Shown here piece after piece: positions 11,473-21,388 of a stretch of DNA of 34,772 bases. The DNA lies in the NCBI GenBank assembly GCA_032718475.1, contig JAUCBJ010001415.1, positions 1 to 34,772 of the forward strand, read 5' to 3'. Position 1 is the stretch's first letter; each line of letters begins with the position of its first letter. A model generated the notes under the pieces. It did no database searches. It was not told where the DNA came from and saw only the letters and a program-made list of their open reading frames with translations. The DNA is from Nemertoderma westbladi (taxonomy: Eukaryota > Animalia > Xenacoelomorpha). A program made the translations under genes and the position numbers.

Positions 11473-12776
11473 TCAGGTACTCTCACCAGATGGTGAAACC
11501 GAGTTTTTCTCAATCCTAGCTGGCGTACTGCAAGGTGACACATTGGCGCCATTACTATTCGTAATAGGGATTGTGCGCGACAAAATTTTTGGGCTAGAAG
11601 CAATTGACTAAGGGGTAAGAAGGTGCCCTGAATCGAGTGGCGGGGTGTGGTTTTTGTAAAAACACGAGGAAACGGTCGAAATGGCGGGATTAAATAAGCG
11701 CGGGAGGCCAATTTCGAATATCGGCTGCGGCTATGATTGGCTGCTACATATTTGACGTCATTACGCGGTGATCTGATAATTTCTTATATTGGTTTCTATG
11801 GAGAGAGATTTTCCATCGATTCAAATACACATTTAATCTCAATCATTTCACACGTGGCTTATATTAATTGAAAGCGGAGAGTCTTGCACGTCCTTTGACA
11901 CCACAATTAATTACATTCATAAAGTGGAAGATTGATAAAATGCTGTGAAAAAACTAGATTGCCTGACCGGTATGTAAGAACTTGTGTAAGAACTGTAGGG
12001 TTTACCGGTGACCGGTACACATTTTTAATATTCAAGTAGCTGCCAATTATTACTGTATTATAGTACCGGCTCACCGGTATTACAAGTTTGAATGTTATTT
12101 TAAATATAATCTACCGTAATCAATATAGATTGGAATGCAGAACCGGTATTGCTGCTGGAAATACAGCTGAATACATATATTTACAATGTTCCTCACCATG
12201 AATTTAATTAATTGTAGTGTCAAAAAACGCGCAAGACTCTCCGCTTTCAATTGATATAAGCCACGTGTGAAATTATTGAGATTTAATGTGTATTCGATTC
12301 GATCGAAAATCAGAAAATCTCTCTCCATACAAACCAAGATTAAAAATTTTCAGACCACTGCTTAATGACGTCAAATATGTAGCATCCAATCACAGCCGAT
12401 TTTCAAAATTGGCTTCCCGCGCTTACTTAAACCCGCCATTTCGACCGTTTCCTCGTGTTTTTACAAAAAACACACCCCGCCACTCGATTCAGGGCACCTT
12501 CTTACCCATTATTCGATTGTTTCTAGCCCAACAATTTTTTCGCGCACCAACCCTATTTTACTGGACTACGGACAGGTAATACCAGATCGAGATTTACTTT
12601 TCTGGCAACCAACACATGGAAAGCGTAGTCGTTGACGACCGGCCATAACATATAGATCAACTTGAAAAGGATACTGAACTTGGAAGAAACGAAATTGCGA
12701 CAACTATGGAGAATCGGGAAGCCTGGAAGGGTCTCATTTCCACTGTCCGAGTTCGCTCGACCTAGTAGTAGTAGTA
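11473..12776 (+). mobile_element. RTE family B fragment, internally deleted and split by a DNA element
   Basis: 11474-11565 reads QVLSPDGETEFFSILAGVLQGDTLAPLLFV and resumes at 12555 as ILLDY. It then jumps to RDLLFWQPTHGKRSR*RPAITY/DQLEKDTELGRNEIATTMENREAWKGLISTVRVRST* with a (TAG)4 tail. Confidence 0.85.
11566..12554. mobile_element. Non-autonomous DNA transposon with about 355-bp inverted repeats and AT TSD (ISL2EU/PIF-Harbinger-related candidate)
   Basis: Arms at about 11566-11920 and 12198-12554 are imperfect reverse complements; termini AGGG...CCCT; AT on both sides. Removing the element and one AT restores the host RT frame. Confidence 0.8.
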
Positions 12777-12821
12777 CATATCTTGTGTAATAGAAGTGAT
12801 TTGTTGATGTTGAGGGATACC

Positions 12822-13251
12822 TACTACTACTGTTGGCATGCTGCATTGCAGCTGCATGGTATATATTACGTATATATTAAGAATGCTGTGCCGGCTTGTC
12901 GACAAAATCGCGCCGCCACAACTCCCTATCACCCATGACATCTGCTAGATCATCCGCATCTTCAAGGCCAGTGTCCTTTAAGATGCGTCTCAAGAAAGTC
13001 ATGGGCTGTCCACCATGCTTATTCACTCCATGAGGCCGCCATAGCACAAGATTATGCACGCTGGCCTCACGGCGTCATGTCAAGTTAGGGGAGACTAATG
13101 AGACACCTCCACAATGTTGAATGTTATATATATATAGAGTCTGGTTGGAGATGTGTTCATTGAACTTGACACAATGAACCCGATGCAGCATTCTTGTGAA
13201 AGTGCCATCCAGAGATTTGGTAGTCCTCTGCAGTTAGAGCCCAGAATGGAC
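12822..13251 (-). mobile_element. RTE family A 3' fragment, more degraded
   Basis: Reverse complement of about 30295-30735 with indels; (CTA)n tail at 12822; ORF 12877-13059 reproduces the RTE C-terminus. Confidence 0.9.
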
Positions 13252-13390
13252 ACACATATAAGAGTTTATAAAAGTTTTTATAAGATTATATGGGTCCTTA
13301 ACACAGTACCCAGGACCAAGGGCGTCCATATCCCAGAACGAAGGGGGTCCTGGTTACAGGACCAGGTTGATGCCCTTATTAAGAAGAATG

Positions 13391-13543
13391 GAGGGATACC
13401 TACATATGAAGGGGGGGGGGGGGATACCGACATATTTAGGGAGGGATACCTACATATCTAGGGAGGGTTACCGACATATTTAGGGAGGGATACCTACATA
13501 TCTAGGGAGGGATACCGACATATTTAGGGAGGGATACCTACAT
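13391..13543. repeat. 22-bp tandem repeat with alternating variants
   Basis: gggagggatacctacatatcta alternating with gggagggataccgacatattta. Confidence 0.9.
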
Positions 13544-13629
13544 TATGTAGGACTATAATCGTTACAATAATATCTGACATAATGAGGTCGAATAGTCTTT
13601 CGTCCCGGACTTTTACAATGAGGACATTT

Positions 13630-13800
13630 CATCCCGATGGAGTAAACCTCCTGGCATGCACGGTACACTCATGGCGGATTGTTAGGCCAATAATTTTATT
13701 TCCCCGGCTTCTTAAGGACATTGGACTAGAGAACGTTGTTGAGCTCATAAGAAAGTACTGTCTGTCAGAGAGATACGGGGTGTGGCTTTGACGCTTTGTT
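13630..13800 (+). mobile_element. Old RTE 3' remnant
   Basis: HPDGVN...RLLKDIGLENVVEL resembles QPHGVN...RILKDTGLEDADDL of family A; heavily degraded. Confidence 0.45.
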
Positions 13801-14164
13801 TCCGTTTCTGTCTACCGTATATGTAAAAGATATTATTTGCGGCCATTGTTCATTTTTATCTTATAATATGTCTATCATGTTTAATCATTTAAACAGCTAA
13901 TTAAAAGGCACTGCATTGCGGCTCATTATTACCTGTATTGGTAGTAAGTAGGCTCATTATGTTATAAAGTAATATCCCTTTTAATAATTGATTGATAATA
14001 AATAAATTGATTCGTCTTAATAATAATCTATTAATATATATCCTTTGTGGGTCGTGTATCGATTCTTCTGTTTATAATCACTGGTGACACACTATTTTAT
14101 TCAATTAACTTTGTGGCGACTGATTACTAACACTTAACCGCTGTAATGCCCAGTTACCCTGGTG

Positions 14165-14287
14165 ATGACTACATCTAATGGTAATATTAAGCGGCGGATT
14201 AGTAGCACACCTGGGAGTGGTGAGAATGGGGTCGAAGAGACCCCACCCCCAGAACCCCTCAGTGAATTTGATCTTGCCAACATTGAA
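14165..14287 (+). CDS. SNAP25: SNAP-25-family gene, probable first coding exon (41 codons)
   Basis: ATG at 14165; MTTSNGNIKRRISSTPGSGENGVEETPPPEPLSEFDLANIE ends GAA|GTAAGT (phase 0, compatible with the next exon). Upstream are a TACTAAC branch-point match (14125-14131) and AG at 14152-14153. The peptide is not recognisably conserved, so this is an inference. Confidence 0.6.
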
Positions 14288-14321
14288 GTAAGTCAATAAA
14301 TCGTTCGTCATCGCGTTATGA

Positions 14322-14436
14322 GCCACGTGACATTTGGTTCCACGTGACATTTGGTTCCACGTGACATTTGGTTCCACGTGACATTTGGTTCCACGTGACA
14401 TTTGGTTCCACGTGACATTTGGTTCCACGTGACATT
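14322..14436. repeat. 17-bp tandem repeat, about 6.7 copies, each with CACGTGAC
   Basis: Unit ccacgtgacatttggtt. Confidence 0.95.
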
Positions 14437-15305
14437 GCATGTGGTCGGTTACCTAATTAATTAATCGTTTTTTTTGCCTTTTGGGACACTAATGTACTGT
14501 ACACTGTCCCTCCCAGTTGGTTGAGTTCCAACCCAATGATTATTTACTCAGCTTAGTGCAATAGATATAGTTTACGGGAATACTGTAAATTTGCCGATTT
14601 ATAAATTCCAATAATTATTTTTATGAATCGAGTGTTTAAACACAGCCTGGGGACTAAAATTACTTGGGGGCTGCTGGTTTCCACTGTTTCTATATATTAT
14701 AAAACCTCTCCCCTCTCTCCACCACCCGCCCCAAAGTTGTTTCCCAGAGGGTAAATTCGTAAATTTGCACTCTTATTGTCCGTCAAATTATTAATAATTA
14801 ATTTGACTCAAGGCTGTAATAGTCCAAACGTTTCCTGTATCATCAATATCGAACCAGACTACCTGGTGGGTTATTATTATTAACCCATGATAACCAACAT
14901 ATTGTTGCGTTCTGTCCATAGTCCTAGTGGAATTACCTACTACACATACAACCTACCTGCGAACGCATGAGTACTTCCTAGGTAGGCTACAACTCCACTT
15001 ACTATACCGCACTCCATCCTAATTAGTTTGACAAGGTTTTTTATGTTTTAATATGAATATCAAGTCAACAACATGATTCTCATCGATCGCCTTTCTCGGA
15101 AAATCATGTTTATATTTTTGGTAATAAATAATTTATCACCATCTACTGTTGTTATATTCTACAAAATATCGTCCATAACATTTGTATTTTGTTGGCTTCA
15201 TCATATTTTTTTCCTCCCGTTACTTTCAATGTCTTTATGGAGTAAGGGACAGTTTATGGGTCAGTAAGGGTCGGTTGTGATGATTGAAGATTCACAATAA
15301 TAGCT

Positions 15306-15450
15306 CAATGTTATGAGCCCGTTGTTACTGGGATCATTGGTGGGTGGGTCTGGACTTACAATCATAGATCAATGTTATGAGCCCTTTGTTACTGAGATCA
15401 TTGGTGGTTGGGTCTAGACTGGACTTAAAATCATAGGTCAATGTTATGAC
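15306..15450. repeat. About 64-bp tandem duplication (about 2.2 copies)
   Basis: tcaatgttatgagccc...ggacttacaatcatag repeated. Confidence 0.85.
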
Positions 15451-15643
15451 CCAATTATGTATCAAAATCCAAATTATTTGGGAAGAGTCCGGCAGGGGCG
15501 CCGTAATAAGAGTGATGTTCCTTCCCTCTGGCTCTAATAAGGTGTGACTTAACTAAATTGTTTCAAGTCATTTCCTATATTTCAATCAACTATTTTTTGT
15601 ATTAACTTTGTATACACCGTAGAAGTATCATTATATCTGTTTA

Positions 15644-17534
15644 CCACTCACTCACTCCTTCTCCACTCACTCCACCACTCACTCACTCCTTCTCCACTCA
15701 CTCCACCACTCACTCACTCCTTCTCCACTCACTCACTCACTCCTCTCCACTCACTCCACCACTCACTCACTCACTTCTCCACTCACTCCACCACTCACTC
15801 ACTCCTTCTCCACTCACTCCACCACTCACTCACTCCTTCTCCACTCACTCCACCACCCACTCACTCCTTCTCCACTCACTCCACCACTCACTCACTCCTT
15901 CTCCACTCACTCACTCACTCCTCTCTCCACTCACTCCACCACTCACTCACTCCTTCTCCACTCACTCCACCACTCACTCACTCCTTCTCCACTCACTCCA
16001 CCACTCACTCACTCCTCCTCCACTCACTCCACCACCCACTCACTCCTCCTCCACTCACTCCACCACTCACTCACTCCTTCTCCACTCACTCCACCACTCA
16101 CTCACTCCTCTCTCCACTCACTCCACCACTCACTCACTCCTCTCTCCACTCACTCCACCACTCACTCACTCACTCCTCCACTCACTCACTCACTCCTTCT
16201 CCACTCACTCCACCACTCACTCACTCCTCTCTCCACTCACTCCACCACTCACTCACTCCTTCTCCACTCACTCCACCACTCACTCACTCCTCTCCACTCA
16301 CTCCACCACCCACTCACTCCTACTCCACTCACTCCACCACTCACTCACTCCTTCTCCACTCACTCCACCACTCACTCACTCCTTCTCCACTCACTCCACC
16401 ACTCACTCACTCCTTCTCCACTCACTCCACCACTCACTCACTCCTTCTCCACTCACTCCACCACTCACTCACTCCTCTCTCCACTCACTCCACCACTCAC
16501 TCACTCCTTCTCCACTCACTCCACCACTCACTCACTCCTTCTCCACTCACTCCACCACTCACTCACTCCTTCTCCACTCACTCCACCACCCACTCACTCC
16601 TTCTCCACTCACTCCACCACTCACTCACTCCTTCTCCACTCACTCCACCACTCACTCACTCACTCCTTCTCCACTCACTCACTCCACCACTCACTCACTC
16701 CACCACTCACTCCTTCTCCACTCACTCCACCACTCACTCACTCCTTCTCCACTCACTCCACCACTCACTCACTCCTTCTCCACTCACTCCACCACCCACT
16801 CACTCCTTCTCCACTCACTCCACCACTCACTCACTCCTTCTCCACTCACTCCACCACTCACTCACTCCTTCTCCACTCACTCCACCACTCACTCACTCCT
16901 TCTCCACTCACTCCACCACTCACTCACTCCTTCTCCACTCACTCCACCACTCACTCACTCCTTCTCCACTCACTCACTCACTCCTTCTCCACTCACTCCA
17001 CCACTCACTCACTCCTTCTCCACTCACTCCACCACTCACTCACTCCTTCTCCACTCACTCCACCACCCACTCACTCCTTCTCCACCACTCACTCACTCCT
17101 TCTCCACTCACTCCACCACTCACTCACTCACTCCTTCTCCACTCACTCACTCCACCACTCACTCACTCCTTCTCCACTCACTCCACCACTCACTCCTTCT
17201 CCACTCAATCCACCACTCACTCACTCCTTCTCCACTCACTCCACCACTCACTCACTCCTTCTCCACTCACTCCACCACTCACTCACTCACTCACTCACTC
17301 CTTCTCCACTCACTCCACCACTCACTCACTCCTTCTCCACTCACTCCACCACTCACTCACTCACTCTCTCCACTCACTCCACTCACTCACTCCTTCTCCA
17401 CTCAATCCACTCACTCACTCACTCCTCCTCCACTCACTCCACCACTCACTCACTCCTCTCTCCACTCACTCCACCACTCACTCACTCCACCACTCACTCA
17501 CTCCACCACTCACTCCTTCTCCACTCACCCACTC
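15644..17534. repeat. 31-bp CACT-rich satellite, about 60 copies
   Basis: Unit ccactcactcactccttctccactcactcca with slippage variants. Confidence 0.97.
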
Positions 17535-17664
17535 TTTGACTTTCTGCTAAAGTAACCGGATTCTTTGTAATTTAACTTTATAGTTAAGAGTCTTTCATTT
17601 GCTGTATTTGGTTTACTTTATTTACACTAACAATTTTCAACGTAACACTTTTTTTCTGTTGCAG

Positions 17665-17706
17665 TCTTTGGAATCTACCCGACGCATGCTTAATCTCTGC
17701 GACGAG
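17665..17706 (+). CDS. SNAP25: SNAP-25-family exon (42 nt) SLESTRRMLNLCDE
   Basis: Polypyrimidine tract + gcAG acceptor; GAG|GTAAGT donor. The peptide matches SNAP-25 SLESTRRMLQLVEE (Qb SNARE motif). Confidence 0.93.
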
Positions 17707-17735
17707 GTAAGTCGATATCGTCAACTGTAACGTTA

Positions 17736-17993
17736 TGGGCTCCCCCATAACGGTATTCCCCCCCCCCCCCATAACGGTATGGGGCCCCCCCGTTACGGTA
17801 TGGGCTCCCCCGTAACGGTATGGGGTCCCCCGTAACGGTATGGGGTCCCCCGTAACGGTATGGGGTCCCCCGTAACGGTATGGGGTCCCCCGTAACGGTA
17901 TGGGGTCCCCCGTAACGTATGGGGTCCCCCGTAACGGTATGGGGTCCCCCCATAACGGTATGGGCTCCCCCACGTAACGGTATGGGCTCCCCC
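17736..17993. repeat. 20-bp GC-rich tandem repeat, about 12 copies
   Basis: Unit ccccgtaacggtatggggtc. Confidence 0.95.
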
Positions 17994-19279
17994 TTAATTA
18001 GTTATATTAGACTGTTGAAGCGCCCCCTCATATTGTCGGGAATTATCCAACGACCCTGTTCGGATAGTGCTGTGAATGTGTAGTGAATCGGAAAATGTAT
18101 TGATAACTAACATGAATGCTAGACCAGTTTGCGGGTCTCTGTTCTCACTTGGGGTACATTTAATTCCCCTAAACGGCTAAATGTCACATTTATTTTATAT
18201 TGTCAAAGTTCTTTATCTCCAAACTAATCTCCAGTTTTGCAGGACTTTCTCTCAGTATATCGCACACATATACCTTAGCTAAGCGACTTATTTTGATTAA
18301 AATGAAGTCAACATATATCCTTGGTAGTGTGGCATTTTTTACAAATCTTTTGTCTGCCTGGCGGTAATCAGTTTTCTCGTGATGCAAAACAAAACAAAGT
18401 CAATGCAGTAACTGCGACAGCGACGTTGTTGTTCAATTCCCCCAATATTTCGACGGCCACTTCAAATTGGCATTTGAGCGCTGGTCCAGGCGTAAAAGCT
18501 TGTATTTTCTGGCTGAATATTTCTATTGTGTTACTGTGGTTCCTAATGCTAATCCAATGGTTGGGGCCTGACAAGGTGTGGCACTTGGTAGTAACGAGAT
18601 TAAGTTTTGGTTTGTTTGTGGCGCCCCAGCTCTGTTCTCTTTCACTCACATTGATTGTTCATTTTAGTTAAATTCAATGAACTTACTCGAGTTCATCCAT
18701 CCCTCGATCCATGTTTCCTTTTTAGGTAATTGCCTTGCACCGTATGGCTATACTCTCCAGAAATCAGGATCTAAGATCCCCGATAATTCCCCCCTCAGCG
18801 GGGTTCTATTTTTTCTAGCAGTTCGAGTACGTAGTACTTCGTAATCTAATTACTGACATCACATCACTGACTGACTGCGGTCACAGTCCTTCATAAAGGT
18901 CATATAAATAAATAGAGTGACAAATTGAGGTGAGTTGCTTAAGCAAAAGTATGGAAATAGGTTGAAAATAATATTTAGAATAAAATAAATAATAAATGAA
19001 AAGAAATGAAAAGAAAAGAAAACTCCATTAATTATAATTACTTTAAGCTGTACGTACTTTACGTTTATTTGGGAAGGAACTCAAAAATACAATTTAATAT
19101 TAGAAGAAAAACCCAAATTATTGCTCCGACTGACTGTAGTTTGTTTGTTAGTGCTTAATGCTTACGATGCAAAATATGATACAGTTTGCGTGCTTAATAA
19201 ATAATACGCACGGTCCGTTTATCACGCTCCTTTTCTACTGTTAATAAGTCGTAAGTAATTTCTTAAAATATATAATTAA

Positions 19280-19900
19280 ATGATTGGGCTTGCTTCTACC
19301 CAAAGGAACCACTCAAAGTCCTCCAAGCTGTCCGGAGTCTGTGGGGACTTTATATTAACACAAGATTATGACATTATCAAAGGAACTCTGGCCTAATTAG
19401 TCAGACATTGACGATATATAAAATAAATTCCAATATCCTTAATCACCTCATGTCTGCACTATTATTATAGTGGCACACATTGAAGCAACTCATTAAGAAG
19501 TTATAGTGAACATAGGTTGCGTAGTGTACCCACTGGAGTACCAGTTTACTGCGCAGCGCATGAAATAACTCGTGATTGATTGACAGTTATCGACTGTGTT
19601 TACCACGTTTGTTACATGCTGCCCATCCCCCCAAGTAGATAAGACATACTTTATCTATCATATTGTATTCTATGCTTAAAGGTCACTTTTTTCCTTGAGG
19701 AAATTCTTCTCCTTTATAAATAAACCTATCATGGGTTGTTCTATCTAAAGTCTTTCTTATCGCAATAATCGAAGCAATCTCGTATTTCCATAAAGCCGTT
19801 GCATCCCAATCATCCCTCGGTGATCTTCTTATCTCTCGGACTGCTCACATATTGGACGTGTATCTAGCGGCTTCCACGCTTTGGTATTCCACTTCCCGTG
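19280..19900 (+). mobile_element. Highly degraded L2/CR1-group LINE 3' remnant
   Basis: Colinear fragments LKVLQAVRS, TQDYDIIKGTLA, EILLLYK*TYHGL and AASTLWY echo the L2 ORF2 end (L..LQ.VQN, K.DHITP.L, KILLL.YK.LHGL, AAP.LWN.LP); read by eye only. Confidence 0.4.
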
Positions 19901-21258
19901 CGCGCGGGCAATCTCTATTGCGACTGTATAATTAATCCGTACTACTGGGTTACCGGCGTGCAGGTGGCCATGTGTGCATACGTAAACGCATTCATGCAAC
20001 GATTAAAACACCGTAGATCATCGGTGGGAAAGGGGGGGGGGGGGGGGGGTTGTTGGTCACTACAGGGCTCGCCAGGCGAGGGGGCTGTTGTTCAACAAAT
20101 ATCAATCAATAAAAACTGACGTCGAACATGGATCAATGGATCCATGGATCCATGGATCCATGGATCTACATGGGATATTTGTGTTCTTTTTTTCCAATAT
20201 TTATATTTCCAGATTTTTATATATCTTTTTCAAAAAAATTGTATTTATGAAATATAAAGAAATATTCTGCGATTTTTAGCGACAATCATATTTATAATAT
20301 CGATATTCTATAAGATTTACAGATGATAGCCAGCCTTATATTCCCAACTCGAGGCTTTCTTATGGCACAAATAATGAACATCTAACATTCACTAATAAAG
20401 TGGAACTGTTAATGATCGCTTACTGAGTAGTACGGCTTTCTTCTTACCATTACACTGTATTAGGATTAGGTGCTAACTAGGAGTTGAAGATTTATGTATC
20501 CTTTGATCTTCTAGTATTTATTGGCAGAGATCCATCACCTTACGAGTCAGACTGTAGCTGTCAAGCAGAACACCCCCCCCCCCCCCCCCCACCCCCCCCG
20601 GGCGTGACCGAATGAGTTTATTGCCAATTATCTTCTATGACTAGCCAGGGGAATATTTTACCCTGACGCAATATTCAGCGCAATAGCAGCAACTAGGCGT
20701 CTAAAATCAATACAAATAATCCACATTCAGATTATAGGTATGGCTGTGACAATAAGGTAGCTGTATTTAATTATCACGTAGACAGTAAGAATCGGTTTGT
20801 TCGATTTTATGTCATTATTGCCACTAATGTAATTAAAGGCAAGCATTCATTGTTATAATTCGCTAACCACAATGGAAAGTATTAATCTCTTACGATTAAC
20901 ATTAATATCCATCCATATTGATTATAATTTGTGCTTTTCCGAAATTCAATTATTCTGTCCTTGTGTGTTGAGTTTTGCACGAGTTTGAAGTTTTTTTATG
21001 AATGTTGGCGTGTTAAAAAACCATCGAGTGCAAAACTCCGTACACGAGGGCGGAATATTTTAATTATCATTATCATTAAAATGTTGTATACAAATTAATT
21101 GTCATATGATATATAATTTTTTACGTATTATATATGCAGTGTATGTAGTGTATGTATTGTATAGTGTATTTAGTGTATGCAAATTCTTATAATTAATTAT
21201 GAATTCTCATATTATTTAGATTAACATAATAAGACAATATATCATTTTCATGAGGTTG

Positions 21259-21322
21259 CACAGGTATGAGGCTGTATCCAGCGTATCTTACACAGGTATG
21301 AGGCTGTATCCAGCGTATCTTA
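21259..21322. repeat. Exact 32-bp tandem duplication
   Basis: cacaggtatgaggctgtatccagcgtatctta x2. Confidence 0.9.
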
Positions 21323-21388
21323 CTACAAAAATCCATATCGTTAAGTGGAATTGATTTAGGGAAACGCAATGAAAGTCACAGTAGGCCC

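Noticed and set aside
18190-18671. Possible decayed Ulp1-like protease or transposon coding remnant (NHWISI)
   Set aside because: Only a short HW motif; no catalytic Cys motif and multiple stops.
18819-18929. Extra SNAP-25 exon bounded by ttttctAG and GAG|GTGAGT
   Set aside because: Contains an in-frame stop and would interrupt the contiguous SNARE motif; no support without RNA data.
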